Positions 1 to 20,410 of a stretch of 64,000 nucleotides of DNA are shown in pieces; position 1 is the first letter of the stretch; every line of letters starts with the position of its first letter. Made by a program: the position numbers and the translations under genes. Source of the stretch: Eledone cirrhosa (lineage: Eukaryota); the NCBI GenBank assembly GCA_964016885.1, contig OZ024740.1:347138001-347202000 (forward strand), given 5' to 3'. The notes beneath the pieces were generated by a model that was given only the letters and a program-made list of their open reading frames with translations, did no database searches and was not told the DNA's origin.

Positions 1-284
1 CATGCAGAACAACTCCATTGCAGCTCTGTTGTTCGGCTGGCATCGTCTACGCGCGTGTTGCGCAAGTACTGTGAAACAATAAATTTCAACACTTCTTTGC
101 ACAGAGATATATTCATAGGCGAAACTAAAATTGTCACTGCTGCCGCAGCTCCTGCTTCGGCAGTCCAGGTCTGCAATTCATTCACCCAGTGCCTGGCAGA
201 CGAAAAAGTGCTGCCATAAAATGGGTGGTGCGACCTAACTTTGGTAGCTTACTGAACCCGAGCAACGCCGGGCTTTAATGCTAG
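1..284 (+). mobile_element. Helitron-like 3' terminus (GC hairpin + CTAG)
   Basis: cccg-agcaacgc-cggg hairpin at 257-272, then CTAG|T at 281-285. The same motif occurs on the minus strand at 57263-57290. Confidence 0.55.
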
Positions 285-412
285 TATACATATAAAGCTG
301 ACGGTCGTATATATGTATGTATGTCTATATAATTTAACAGCTTTACTCTCTCTGTCGCTATTCACTCTCTAAATGACAACACTTTTAGTTTCCGTATCTC
401 CCTTCAATATAT

Positions 413-494
<82 letters not shown>

Positions 495-533
495 GATATT
501 AATAAATGGAAACTATATTTATAAAACCATATT

Positions 534-598
534 TATTTCATTATACATATTTCAGGGATACCAAATTAAATTATGGTATGCCTTCATCAGACAAAATA
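534..598 (-). ncRNA. Minimal type-I hammerhead ribozyme motif (family A)
   Basis: Minus strand: UAUUUUGU CUGAUGA AGGCAUACCA...UGGUAUCCCU GAAA UAUGUA UA^ AUGAAAUA. Core intact; stem I 8 bp with two G-U pairs. Confidence 0.8.
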
Positions 599-705
599 GA
601 ATATATAACAGTTTTACAAATAAGCTTTGACGTACTTGTCGAGTGCTTTATATCAGTTATAAAAATAGTTACTTGTTGTATCCCAACAATTTTAAATAGA
701 ACTTT

Positions 706-787
<82 letters not shown>

Positions 788-956
788 TATATAAATTAGT
801 GAGAATCGTATTTCGGCTATTGGAAATTAGCGAAAAACAACTTCCGAGATGTATGGCAAGCGCTCAATAGATTCTAACGAACCAGAGCTACAACATACTT
901 TAAAAGGCCAAACACACTGAGACGATGGTTAAACCCTTATCCGCACAGCCATAGAA

Positions 957-1070
<114 letters not shown>

Positions 1071-1199
1071 AGGACAATGTAACACAGTAGGGTGTGTGGT
1101 ATCTTTGCAGTGGTGTGGTGGGGGCAGGTGTACCTAGCCAGGCCCCAGCTGGGCGGGTCAGCTAGTACATAATATACATAATATACAGATAGTAAGAAA

Positions 1200-3085
1200 T
1201 AAAATTGATTTTGGTGGGGCCCTGATCAATTTAGATCATTCAAATACTTGTGATAGAGTCAAACATCACTACTTGGAGGCTGTCCACGTGGCACTGCTTT
1301 CGGTGCCGTTATCAGTAGCTGTATCGCTTCAATCTACAGTGGAATCTGTTCGGCGGTCAGAGTATATGGCCGCCTGTCGGAACCGTTTCATATCACGTGA
1401 TCTTTCCATCAAGGATGCTCTCTTGCTCTCCTTCTCTTCGTACCGACACTGACGCTGAAGCTTTTGAAGGAAATCACATTGGAACTGGGGTGCGAAAGGG
1501 CAGCGTCGGTATATACGGACGTTGTCATCATAATAATGTCGACTACCTTGGAAATCTAGGTGGCAAGCAACTTCTAAAAGGAATACTAAAAGTTCACGGA
1601 AGCAAAGATTAACCCGTATAATTCGGTGGGTTTGCAGCTCGGCAATGGAAGATTTACTCCATGCCATTCAACCACATACTCGAGCGCTAGACAGGTGCAA
1701 TGCTTAAGTTGTTCATGGTCTGCTTGTGATAATTCTCTGAGTGAATAAGAAACGAGACGAGGTAACGAGCAGCATCGTTACTCTCACACAGAAATGGACC
1801 GAGAGGTGGTAATCCCTTAAAAGAGGAGCATAATTGGTGAACTCGTACATTGCCACTCATATATTACCATCTGACAGTCATGTTTTATCCCAGTGCACGA
1901 TTCACTAAGCATGTAGAATGGTCAGTTCTCCTTATCAAGCTGTCCATCAGCGAACAACACGCTTTTCGCGTAGGATTCAAGATGACGTGGTTGAAGATTC
2001 ACAAACATACCCTCAGGTTATGGCTTTTACAGATATTTCTGAACGGTGAACATGTATGGTTGCCCTAAGTTAGGCTGGTTTTTCCATAGCTCCTCTTCTT
2101 GGTTGAGCTCTATTCCAGGATCAAGAGAAGACTGAGACTGGGTGCTTGGCATATGGAATGTTGTCAAGTGCTCACAACGTTCTTGCACTCAAGCAATGCG
2201 GTCAGTGGAAATTCCACGTTAGTGTTCTAGATTACTAGTGGGAAAAAGCGCCGAAATTCTCGGAGAAATTCTAGTCGTCTTCGAGAATAAACTACTCCAT
2301 CTGATCCGGAGTATTTTCGATTCGGGAACTATAGACAACTTCCAGAAATCTCTAAACCTGAAAGTTCGTGACAAACTCTACATGCACGGAAATGATGTCA
2401 GACTGACATGTCTAAGTTGCGCTCAGGACGATGAAAACATTCAGCTCGCACTAATCCAATGTCCGAGCATTGCTGACTTGCATAATTCGTCGAACAGACT
2501 TTCTCACGTGCATGACGGATTTTGCTTTCTGCCGACACCAACGTGAAGAACGCCCCACCGTTTACTTTTGGCTAGGAAGGACAGTCGATGTGTATCTGTC
2601 TGGTGTATGTGGCGAAACAGGTTGTGTGGTGGACGCGACTGAAAGGGCTGAAGACTCACTCTTTCCTATTCAGCCAAACTCTCATTAACTTATCCTGCTT
2701 CTCCTTGGAAAGGAAGGTGAGTGTGAAGAGGAAAATACTGCCCACATTACATTTTAACTAGTGGGTGGGTGAATGTAGCAAGGATAGTCTGAATGGATGG
2801 ATATATTCTGATTAGGCTTCTGTAGGTTGGAGAGTTGAGAGAGGAGAGGAACACCATCCTACGTTGCTCTTCTTTATTATGGTGGTTACGGATCTGTAGG
2901 GTTCCTAAGTACCCCAGGGTGGCTGTTCCCCTTTTGTGCGATTCTGTTGTTTTGATTTAATCGTTATTTTGTTAACTGTTTTCTTTGTGTACACGCTATT
3001 ATAATTTATGTAAATTTCCACTGTCCTTGTCCATTTTTATTGTTCTTGATATTTCGGCACTTGTGGCCAATAAAGAAAGAATTAT
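1200..3085 (+). mobile_element. Decayed Tx1/L1-like LINE (RT region to 3' end)
   Basis: GALINLD..CDRV motif at ~1216 homologous to 6343; many stops and frameshifts; aataaa-rich 3' end at ~3069. Confidence 0.6.
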
Positions 3086-3094
3086 CATTATTAT

Positions 3095-3190
3095 ACTGGG
3101 TCGATGAAATAAAATACCAGTCACGCATTGGGGTCGATTTAATCCCACAACATTGCTGGCCTTGTGCCTATATAAGAAACGATTATTAGA
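3095..3190 (+). mobile_element. SINE fragment (ggggtcgat...gctggccttgtgcc family)
   Basis: Shared with copies at 24448-24560(-), 26620-26760(+), 32868-32962(-), 44497-44640(-), 47280-47480(-) and 49550-49760(-). Confidence 0.6.
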
Positions 3191-3595
3191 GGTGGTGAGG
3201 ATGGTTGCGGTGGGAAATGATTAGAGAGTTGATAATGTGGGTATTTTTCATTTCATCCACAATCTTTCACGGGCTTTATTTCAATATTTCAGTTGTTTTC
3301 GATTCCCTTCGATACTGAAAGGGATATTTGCGGCGCAATTCCAGCCATTATCTGTGTCACCGATCTACGATGCCTGCCATGGTAATAGCTCAACCCCTTT
3401 GACTGACAGAAATATTCTTAACAATATCACCAATCATGCAACTAACATCATCCTTTCACTATATTTTGCTTTTACTTCTCAAATATCAATAACAACATTA
3501 ATAGAAATACGACAATATTTTTGTTTTTATCATCATTGCCTCCGTATTAACATGACTAACCGTTCCAATATCAATTCTTTAATCATCTCCATCAA

Positions 3596-3625
3596 TACCA
3601 TATTATCTTCGAGCATATAATGACC

Positions 3626-3719
<94 letters not shown>

Positions 3720-3770
3720 CATACATATATATATACAGTGGTTATTATATGCCCGAAGATGATATGGTAT
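3596..3770. repeat. Inverted repeat flanking a (TA)n tract
   Basis: taccatattatcttcgagcatataatgaccac (3596-3627) vs gtggttattatatgcccgaagatgatatggta (3738-3769). Confidence 0.8.
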
Positions 3771-3794
3771 ATATATACCATATCATATTCGAAA

Positions 3795-3921
3795 TAGCCG
3801 TCGAAACGGCTTGAGCTGTGCCGTCGGGATTAAACATTTTCCTATTATCCACTCTACTACACTAAGTATTGAGTACTCTGGTGCGTTATGGTCCATCTGG
3901 TTCCTTACCACACTTCCTTCG

Positions 3922-3925
<4 letters not shown>
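3795..3925 (+). mobile_element. Family B element (3' half of HHR + tail), 5'-truncated
   Basis: tagccgtcGAAACggcttgagc..gccGTCggg plus a tail homologous to 20996-21189 and 60596-60792; ends in (TA)n. Confidence 0.75.
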
Positions 3926-3973
<48 letters not shown>

Positions 3974-4869
3974 AAATGCTGAAAAGCCCGAGAATTATCA
4001 ATAAGATTTCCATTGGAATACATCGATGCTACCGCCACAACAACCACTACTGCTACTAATATTTCCAATCGTAAATTTTCAACTAGACCCATCATCTTCT
4101 CTTCGAAAATAGTTAAAACATGCACCTCATCGCTTATACAATTTCTCCCAATCCTATTTATATCATAACTGGTACACTACCTGTGTCATCATCAAAACTA
4201 CATCTACAATCAACATCTACCACACCATCTGCTAGAAGGGACAGTGAAATATAACCTACCACTTAAAAAAATGACACGTTTTGTAATTTAATACTACATA
4301 AATTGAGTTTAAAGTAAAAAGACAAAATTCTCCCAATTTGAGTTATTTTGATCATCGCTGACCTTGTCTTATTATTGGTTACGTTTCTCTTTGTAAATTG
4401 GTAAAACCATTCTTCTCCTCTTTTAAGTATCCGCGTACTAGAGTAGAAATAATTTACAAGCAAAGGCTTGCATTTGGTGATTACATCTGATTTTATTCTA
4501 AAGAATAACAATGGCGCCAAAGCCACCCCTACCAGTGGTGACAGCATTCTTATCTGTCGATCTCCAAATGAATTTCCAGGGACATTGTTTCGGAGGTGCC
4601 AAAAACAAGCAGAAAGAGCGAATCAATGATGCTTCTTCCAGATGAATAGCGTAACTGATCCTTCTTACTTTTTCTTCCTTTTCATCAAACATAGTCTTAC
4701 TCGGCATAGGCAGACTAAATGCACGTAGCCTCATATAGTCTTTGAAGTAGAGTAACCTGCTCAACGACTTCAGTTTACTGAATATAGATGTAGTGGCCAT
4801 CAGTGTAACCAGAATGTCTGGGCAAGAGTGTTCACACCCACCTTTGCAAATGCAAGTTTTACTCATCCC

Positions 4870-7190
4870 TAGGTTGTGTGTGTTCTGAAGGTGGGGCTGC
4901 TGTGTTGTTTTTGAAGCGTCTAGATCTCACGATACTGAACAAGAAGATAAGTTGTCGGTGCTTGACATGACTGAAAGGGAAGTGACAGATTTCAGGCCAG
5001 TGGGCATGTACGTTCGACGGGGATATGCCGGCCTAATTTCTTCAAGCACCATGAAGACTTTCTAAGAACGTCTCACAATTTAGTGTTAGCGACCAGCTAG
5101 AAGGGTATCTGAAATGCACGCTGGTATTGTGTCGACCTCACAGGTATGATAGTAAGTAGTAAAAAACTGACAAGCCTGCTCTGATGCTTCCAATTCTGAC
5201 AGGTACCGACGAGATAATCCGAATGTGTCAATGGGGATATTGTCTAAGCGAATCAGTTCATCCAGAACGTAACTAAACAAAGTATTATGTCATAGCTGTC
5301 CACATTCCACAGTAGTAGACTACACACATCACACATTTGTAATATGTAGAATAAACTTAGAGATGCTTCATGGACAGGAAACCGGTCACTGGAAGCTGAA
5401 TTCTTCCTTTCCTGAGCGCAGAGCCTATATAACCCGGAGTAGTGAACTATTTAAGTAGGCATTGACCGGGCAAACATCAGAATCATATGGTGTTTCGCTC
5501 TGAAATTTTTGATAAGTTTAATATCAGAAAGGTTTAGTAAAAGTGTAGCGATAGAGAAAACTAAACTAAAGTTAGATCCAGTTAGAAAGCTAGAAGCGTT
5601 TACGAAAGTCCGTGCAACCGACGTGTTTACGGTGATATTGGCTTTCGACCAATTCTACAACGCGTAGATCGAATGCTGCTTTATCAGAGCTAGGGTGTGT
5701 CCTCTTAGACAGTAGGTGACGAACGTCGCTCATTGGATATAGTGGCGGAGACCTGGCACGGCAGAAAAAACACAATCCGGTCTTTGGTGGACCACATGGG
5801 ACGCATGTTATTCGATCCCAAACAAATGTGTGCGGCTTTGCAGCAACACTTCGCACAATAGTTCAAGATCTGTAGTGGGTTGGATCACGTGATGGACTTC
5901 GGTGTCTACCTCGGCACTCTGCCGCGGTTTTCTGATCCGGAGAGGAGTGTTGCGAAAACCAATAACAGCCGCTGAAATACAGGATGTGAGGACTAACTGT
6001 ATGAAGGGTAGGTCAGCAGGTTTGGATGGTCGGCCTTACACATTTTACGCTTACATACTGAAGTCTTGGTAGATGTATATTGCAATTGGCAGGAGAACGG
6101 GAGAATTCACAGAACTATTAGGTGAGAAGCGATGCCGCAGCTGAGAAAAGAAAGGAAGAAGGGGGAAATGTATAGGCTAAATGCAGTGTTCAAAATTTTG
6201 GCCAAGGTGTTGGTGATAAGGTTGGTGCTTGTCGTCGATGGTCAGGTACGGCAGATGCAAACAGGTGCCACGCCTAAAATATCCATCCACGACTCTATCT
6301 TCAACTTATACGATATGCGGTGGCTTAGTAACCTGGCTCATATGGGGGCCCTGATCAACTTAGATTAATAAAAAGTTTTCGATAGGGTCGCCCATCAAAT
6401 CTTGGCCGCAGTCATCAAGGCTGCAGGCTTTGGAAGCGTTTTCAGAGGCCAGATCACCGCAGTGCACAGCTGCATCTCCTCTGTAGTCAGAGTGAACGGT
6501 CAACACTCGGAGTCGTTCATTCTTAAGCCACTAATTCACAAATTGGAGACGCTGATGTGCACTCACGTGAACTGGAATGTGGGAGATATGTGTCAACATA
6601 TGCTAACAACGTCACCGTAGTGGTATCGAACACCAGCCATATTGTGATAATAGCACCTCTCTAAGGAACTATGGAGCGATAACTGAAGCGAGAATTTACC
6701 AGGTAGGAAACTCGAATGTCTTCAAGTGCTCATAGACCTGTGCCCATCGGACAAAGCGATCGATGAAATGTCTTCCTTGGCGTTCTATAAAGTGTTAATG
6801 GCGACTAATAGCGATAACGTTCTTGGGAAAATTTTGGGCGTCGACGGAAAACAAATAGCTATTATTTACCGGTGGACTTTCGGGCCAGTGCCCATATATA
6901 ACTTCTAGCGACCCCTGTCCTAGCTGCGCTAATGGAGAGTATCGTCTGTTCAAGATAAATACTACAGGCACGGAAGTACACTCAGCCGGGCCTTTCAGAG
7001 ATGCGCGCAAAGTGACGGAACCTTCCTGCATGCTCATGTTTTGTGTCAAAAACGTGTTGTCAGTTGTATGACAGATCCGTCTATTAGCTGAGTCCACCGT
7101 GAAGATCATCTTATCACGTAACTTTAGCCGGGCGTGTTTTATGTGCATATTGGCCACATTGAAAGACTTCAAATAAAGAAGCATTTGAAA
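4870..7190 (+). mobile_element. Decayed Tx1/L1-like LINE ORF2
   Basis: PGHWKLNSSF linker motif at ~5382; FKILAKVL and GALINLD..VFDRVAH RT motifs at 6190-6395; heavily disrupted. Confidence 0.65.
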
Positions 7191-7193
7191 GGG

Positions 7194-7535
<342 letters not shown>

Positions 7536-8163
7536 TGCAGTGGGATAGATTTAATCGACTTTCTCCTTGCCTTCAAATTGCTGGCCTTATGAGAAAAGTA
7601 GAAACAATTATCACCATCGTCATCATCATCATCAATAACATCATCATCATCATCATCAACAACATCATTTGCTATGTTATTTTTATCGTGTTATTATTGC
7701 TGAAGTTGCTGTTGCTGCTGTTTCAATTGTTATTGTTGTTATTACATTTTCGACACTATATCTCTCGATACAATCTCTCTGTGTTTGTTTCAAAATTTTC
7801 CATCTTTTTTTACTTTTTTTATTTAATACATTTTATATCCTCCCCCAACACTGCATTTTTATTATTTTTATTACCTCCCATCCTCACGTTTTTTTTTTTG
7901 TAAATCTTGTTTGTATATTTTCACATTCTTTAAATTACTTGAACCTTTTTGCCACTTTTTCTCAGCGTTCTTTCTCATATTTCGTTAACCGTATCCATCC
8001 TTCTTTCCTCCCTTCTATTCTTACATCCACTATTCCCTTCCTCTTCCCTTATAAACACTCTCCCTGTCTTCTGCTGTTCTATTTCGTCCCCTCACAAATA
8101 TATTTGATCCCTTTTTAATGTTTATCTTCTCTTTCTCTTCCCCCGCCTCCTCTCTCTGCTCAA

Positions 8164-8205
<42 letters not shown>

Positions 8206-8229
8206 ATATATATACATATATATATATAA

Positions 8230-8328
<99 letters not shown>

Positions 8329-8366
8329 CATATATATATACATATATATATATATATACACACATA

Positions 8367-8399
<33 letters not shown>

Positions 8400-8415
8400 T
8401 TACATATATATATAC

Positions 8416-8508
<93 letters not shown>

Positions 8509-8509
8509 C

Positions 8510-8552
<43 letters not shown>

Positions 8553-11500
8553 CTGGTTTTATTTATATTGTGTTTCTTCCCCCACTCCATCTCTTTATAC
8601 TCATTCTCTTCGACTCCCTATCACTTTTCAGTCTCTCTTCCTTCTCTTTCTATACCCACTCCTATTTATCAATCTCTATCTCAACATCTCTTTAATCTTG
8701 TGTCTTTCTCATTCTCCTTTCTCATTTCACTCTTTTTCTGATTGTATCACTTTTATATTTTCTTTCATATTCGTCTCCCACTCTGTCTTTCCCTACATAT
8801 GTGTGCCTATACATATATATATATGTGTATGTATGTGTGCGTGTGTGCGTGTGTACGTGTGTGCGTGTGTGCGTGTGTGTGGAGGGGGTGTCTGTTTGTA
8901 TCTGTGTGTTTTTGTGCCTGTGTGTGTGTGTGTGTTTCTGTGTACATATGTATGTATATGAGCATGCTTTTGTGTATCTTTCTCATTTTATGACCACAAT
9001 TTTCCTATAACTTCGACATTCGATGCTTATCATGTATGTGTCCATCCATCGGCTCCATATTTCTATAATGTACCATCACTTTTATTAATTCCATCACAGC
9101 TCACGCCATTTCGCTTCCTTTTTGATATTTTATCACTTTTCCAATTCTGACTTGTCATTCTCCGTCGGTCTTCAAATTATATTTCTCGAACTTTCCATCC
9201 AATTTCATCAATTCGAATATCCACATAGTGAAAGATAACTATGCACTTTCATTTAATCCTTAATATCGTAATCGAGAAGATCGTTCTAATATTATAGAAG
9301 AGTCGCGATTTTCAGAATATCAATCCCTTAGTTTTTAGTCTCAAAAATATTATGGAAACTTATGACTATTTGTTTATTTCCAGTATTGTAGAATTGCAAT
9401 AGTTTAGATTGGTTAAGCATGATATATTATTTATTTGAAAGTTTGTGTAATAACATTTGTTAATGTATAGTAACAATGAGAAATTTGGAAGTTATGGGAA
9501 TGATGAGCGCTATTTTACGTGTTGTTCAATACAAGGTCTGTTTGCATTTAATCTCTTTTAACTTGAATGAAATAAAATAAATTAGAAATATTTTCCTTTG
9601 TTCTATATCAGAATACAGTTTACGATGTCGAAAACAAAAGTATTAGGTAAGATAATATGTTTGGTGAGTGAACCACTGAAAACAATAATTTGACATAATA
9701 TGCTGACCGTTATACGCACATTTAGCTCCACGTGATCTGGCTCAGTTTAGTGCAAATATGTATCATATGCAGTTACATTTTGACACTGTGGACGTAACAG
9801 AAAATAATTTTGTCATATTTACAAAGATTATAATAGCAAATTGACATATGGTATTTTTCCATAAAGGCGTACTAGCTCACAAAACTACTTAATCATAAAA
9901 ACGGTAAAGAAAGCGATGTTGATGATATGGTTGTGCTTGTTGTTGTCGCTGCTGTTTAAATTGTTTATCTCCGGATCAGCGCTGATTGAGCAGACATGTC
10001 GAAAGGTGATAAACCAAGCATTCAACGGAGTACATTGTACTTACAGAAAAGTGTATCTATTGGATCCTTTCATTTTCTAAAGACAGTGGGGTACAATTTC
10101 AGGATGTATCTGTTACTACTATCAGCTTGAGCAAGTAAGTAAAAGCTCTATCACTAAATCGACGAACTTATGTATTTCATAGTAGAAACAATCTTGATGA
10201 CTTATAAAAAATAATCTGAGCATGAATTAAACTTGGCGGGTTTTTGATAAAATATACTCCTTGCTGTCTGCAGATTATATAGGACGTGAACCTACGACAA
10301 CTGGTAGAGGTTTGGCTATCAATACAATTATTATCTATCAATACAATTAAATCTTCATTATCCTTCAAATGCCACAAATGCACAATTACACATACTAAGC
10401 CAATAATTCCATACTACACTGCTTAAATAAATAAGTCTTTAAATACGCCACCGTCCGCAAAACAATCTATATATGCGACGTACGTTGTTCAAACGAATTG
10501 ACGATCCCATAAATCAATGATTCTCAAACAGCTACAGATATGCCATACTTTATAATTAACTATTCTGCATTGCAAAATAGTAAAAAATATATATATGCTT
10601 CATCTATTTTCTCTATCTATACGTCGTTTATGCATTATTTTATATTTGCATGAGAGTAATTAGATAAATGATGAAATACCTCAAGTTTAGGGAGAGAATG
10701 ACAAGAGTAGGGCTGAGAATCACCGTCATGAAGAGATCTCACATATATGAGATAGATAAAACAACATCTTAAGGAATTCTTTCTTTTTCAGGACTGAAAA
10801 ATGAAACAACTCTACTAAGATGAAGATCACCTACAAAACTAAATGATAACTGGGCTGGTGAGAGCATATATCTGACAGCGAAAATGTTTAAGAAATAATT
10901 AAGATCGCAAATGAATGAAGAAACTTCTTTTTATTTTCATCCGTAAAGGCCCACTTAGACATTTCAAATTCAGACTCATAGCTGAGCTATTTGTTTTTCT
11001 TTTCAACTCTTCTAAAGATATTACAACAGCTTCATTATTTATGAACTAGGAACATTATCATACTTTGAGTATCTGCAGTATGTATTATGCCAAAGTGTAT
11101 CTACTCAGACTTCTGAAATTATTCGTTTTTACTGAAGAAGTCTTGCATGGATTTTAGCTGAACATCATCTATCAATCATTTTAGCATGGTCCTTTCAGAT
11201 GTACACAACAGACTTGACCAAGTGGTTTACTGCCAGGACATACAGCGAGCAAACAAGCTTCGGGATATTCTGAGGATAATTATGTCTCAGAATTTTGTTG
11301 TTATTTCACTCATTAGATAGAATCTGAGTTGACATCAAATATTAGAGATGAAATTTTGGCAAAATGTAGTAGTTTTAGTATTCAAGATAGAGTGATAAAA
11401 ACAACTGCCATCTTATTATCGGACCATACAGTAAATTTCGGCCATGTTTCGCTTCACTGAAGACACTTTTGTTTTTAAGGAGCTCTTTGTCACAGGTCAT

Positions 11501-11938
11501 TACAGTGCAAAACCCTCATACTTTGTCATGAGCTTGGCAAAGATCTTAGAGAGATTCGTAAACCAGGAGTCTAGCCCCAGAAACCTACTGCACTTCAACA
11601 TCGGATACAACAACCTGCCTGTCCAAAAACGTAGTAAATTTATCACCTGTATTATACTGTCATGTTCTATCATGAGTTAGGAAGGTACACAGATGGGATG
11701 ATACGTTTTTGTTACATAATGACGTGATGCTCTGATTGAAGTAACGAATTGACTGCAATCTGTTTCTAGCTCCAAGGTATCGGATGCTTGATTTATGGTG
11801 TAGAAAAAAGAAATAAAAAAGGAATAAATAATATAGTGTCGCAACAGTATTTAACCATTAAATGTTACAATGACTGGCATTTATATGATGCGCGTGACAC
11901 TCTTTAAATATCAGAATCCTTTACTTTAAACTTGCTGC

Positions 11939-12054
<116 letters not shown>

Positions 12055-12149
12055 ACACACACTCACACATACAGATCAAAATTCCTTTAGACGACAAATA
12101 TTTCGCACGTTTAGGTTAAAAGTATCTTTCTCTTGTATGTATTTCCAAA

Positions 12150-12184
<35 letters not shown>

Positions 12185-12435
12185 ATTTAAAACTGCACTA
12201 TTCACAAGTGTGTTTTAAACTTCATATCATGTCTCCCTATTTTATCTGACGAAAACGCAAATATTATTGCATGATGATATTTGTTTTTGAAATGCGCATA
12301 ATAGAATACATGGAACTTTTTTAACAATCTTTTGGTCTTATATATTATTATTTATACTCCAGTCCTACAAACTGTAGAGTGCTACTTATCCGATATCTAC
12401 ATTGCTTTATTGTACTACAATAAAACTCACCTCCT

Positions 12436-12484
<49 letters not shown>

Positions 12485-12513
12485 ACAGAATAGAGGTGTA
12501 ACACACAAGTTAT

Positions 12514-16094
<3,581 letters not shown>

Positions 16095-16124
<30 letters not shown>

Positions 16125-17260
16125 TACGTATCAGTTTAGCGAACGTTTATTATAACGCCCGCTTTGTCCGTTTGTAAACAAACGGACAGCCTGATTTATG
16201 CCGTACGGTGTTAAGGCAACCATGTCACCTTTTTGTTCAACACTGACACAGGAACGATGTACTAGTTTCAAGCTTCTTAGCTATCATCAGGACCGTATAC
16301 CCTTTTGCCAGATGGTTGAACGTTCGAAAGTATATACTTTCCTTATAAAAATTAACGGCTGAGCAGCCTAATTTGCATATCGAGTGAGTTCAGTCGGCCA
16401 GGCGTACCTAAAACGATAAGTTGTAATAAAATGAAACGAAATTTCATTTCTCACTCTTAGTACGGCACTTACTTAAATGTAAGTATGTATGTATACGTAC
16501 ATACATATATGTATACAGACGTACAGTAGCATGCATATATATATATATATATATATACATATATACATACAGGTACACATATATATATGTACGTATAAGT
16601 TTAGCGAACGTTTATTATAACGCCCGCTTTGTCCGTTTGTAAACAAACGGACAGCCTGATTTATGCCGTACGGTGTTAAGGCAACCACGTCACCTTTTTA
16701 TTCAACACTGACACAGGAACGATGTACTAGTTGCATACTTCTTAGCTATCATCAGCACCGTATACCCTTCTGCCAGATGGTTGAACGTTCGAAAGTATAT
16801 ACTTTGCTTATGAAAATTAACGGCTGATTAGCCTAATTTGCATATCGAGTGAGTTCAGTCGGCCAGGCGTACCGAAAACGATAAGTTGTAATAGAATGAA
16901 ACGAAATTTCATTTCTCACTCTTAGTACGGCACTTACTTAAATGTAAGTATGTATGTATACGTACATACATATATGTATACAGACGTACAGTAGCATGCA
17001 TATATATATATATACATATATACATACAGGTAGCTATATATATATGTAAGTATCAGTTTAGCGGACGTTTATTATAACGCCCGCTTTGTCCGTTTGTAAA
17101 CAAACGGACAGCCAGATATGCGGTACGGTGTTAAGGCAACCACGTCACCTTTTTGTTCAACACTGACACAGGAACGACGTACTAGTTTCAAGCTTCTTAG
17201 CTATCATCATAATAATAAACGTCCGCTAAACTAATACGTACATATATATATCTGTACCTG

Positions 17261-17320
<60 letters not shown>

Positions 17321-17383
17321 TGCTACTGTACGTCTGTATACATATATGTATGTACGTATACATACATACTTACATTTAAGTAA
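16095..17383 (-). mobile_element. Retrozyme-like tandem array (~460 bp monomer, ~2.4 copies + inverted piece), family C
   Basis: ttagcg anchor at 16136/16601/17058 (periods 465 and 457); one HHR per unit; inverted segment 17210-17383. Confidence 0.85.
16254..16296 (-). ncRNA. Minimal HHR (family C, copy 1)
   Basis: ACGGUC CUGAUGA UAGCU-AAGA-AGCUU GAAA CUAG UA^ CAUCGU. Copy 2 (16719-16761) has ACGGUG, giving a full stem I, but GCAA in the core. Copy 3 is truncated at 17209. Confidence 0.85.
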
Positions 17384-18774
17384 GAGCAAATATTGTGGGT
17401 CAACATTCATTATAGCATTTAGAGTGGCAGTACACACTTAGAGATTACATTCATATTAAAAGATACAATCAAAAATACAGGTTAAAATACATGAAATTAA
17501 GCGGTTATATAGTGCAAAGGTTATATGTGTGGCAAGCACGTGCGTCTTGTTTATATAGTGTGGCAGAGAGTTACGTGTGATAGAAGCACTTAAGCAGGTA
17601 ATCGAGAGTGTTAAAGTGGTTGATCTGGTGATGAATTCTTTATATGATTGTTATAGTCTGTGTGTAGAGAAATAATATAAGTATTAATAATAGTGTAAGC
17701 ATTAAAAATATTGGAAATGCGTAGCGAAGCGATGATATGGATTTCATGCACTGCGACATTTTTATAGTCAGGGGAGCGTATCTCTCAGATTATATGCCCC
17801 TCACATAATCCACGAGGATTCGATATTGGGCGTTTGACAATCCATTTAGAGAATCGTAGTCTGATGTTCTTTAGCTCAATACAAGAGGATGTTACGTTGC
17901 GAGAATCGACATCGAAATACTACCCGGAAGTGTGTGTGTGGCTAAGGGGAGTTAATGCATGAGGGGAGGTAACTCAGTGGTTTCTATTACTAACTATTAA
18001 ATTGTGTCTCAAAATAGACCATAACTTATATGGTTATGCGCACTTTCTAAACATTTTTTAACAATTTAAAGTATTTTAACTATAGAGTAGTCTATTAAGT
18101 TGTGCTGAAGGTGTTCTTATTATGGTGATTAACCCCCATCGTAGAGTGCCACAAATGAATATTATACACGACGAGCGAGAATTCTAAATTAATGATCTCT
18201 GTGATTGCAGTCTACTCAAAGAACCAGGCAATGTGATTGCAGAATCACTTCAACACACAATGATCTCTGGCAAGTTCTGGGTCAGTGCTTGCTACATTGG
18301 ATGTCGAAAGATAATCATCACCAGGGCCGACCAGAGGTCAATCCACAGTCCTCATGACTCCAATCTGACCATCAAATCATACATATATGTACAACCCATA
18401 CGCCACTTGCAATACATTCATTCACTGCACTCAGCGTGCCGGTCATACATCTCATCAGCGTTACTAGATTAATTCGTTTTTCATTTGTCCAACGATGTCA
18501 CTTCTTCCGCACAGCACCAACAAGACAATCAATTCAATGCTTAAATTAACTATAAAGTGGTGTAGTGCAGTTCAAGCAAGTGGATGTTGTCACACCTAAA
18601 GGGGAGGTACAAAGGGGTATTCCCCCTGTGAAGGGTTCTAGAGGGATGTCGCGATTTGTGTTATATTAGATCAAAGAGTGTTGTGTATGTGGTATAGGGT
18701 GTGCCCCTGGTGTTTGATGCTAGAGGTGGTGTTTGGTTCAAGTCCGACATTGCTATATATTGGGTTTAAAGTTT

Positions 18775-18889
18775 TGGAAGGAATGTTTGAAGCGGTGCTG
18801 GCAAGTTGCAAACACGTCAGATTTTTTGTTAAGTAGGTTACGGTTAGAGAAGATAATATTGTGGGTCTCTTACATATTGTGGGAAAACT

Positions 18890-18892
<3 letters not shown>
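18775..18892 (-). mobile_element. PLE endonuclease C-terminal remnant
   Basis: Minus-strand translation ...[25 protein letters not shown] resembles the LLNKRSE..CRH terminus of PLE GIY-YIG ORFs. Confidence 0.5.
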
Positions 18893-18981
<89 letters not shown>

Positions 18982-18985
18982 CATA

Positions 18986-19093
<108 letters not shown>

Positions 19094-19116
19094 CACAAAC
19101 ATATATATATATATAT

Positions 19117-20112
<996 letters not shown>

Positions 20113-20129
20113 GTATGTATATATATATG

Positions 20130-20227
<98 letters not shown>

Positions 20228-20243
20228 CATATATATGTATATA

Positions 20244-20319
<76 letters not shown>

Positions 20320-20370
20320 AAATTATAAAAATAAACAAAGAAGCCTTCAATATATCAAAAGTCTTTATTA

Positions 20371-20410
20371 GCCTACAATGTTTCTCCCATTAATAAGGAC
20401 TCATCAGGGC
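20371..20410 (-). ncRNA. Minimal HHR with intact core (family E)
   Basis: GCC CUGAUGA GUCCUUAUUAAUGGGA GAAAC AUU GUA^ GGC; 3' side reaches (TA)n at ~20312. Confidence 0.75.

Noticed and set aside
10700-11700. Coding-like unique sequence
   Set aside because: No sustained frame or recognisable motif; possibly an old transposon but unsupported.
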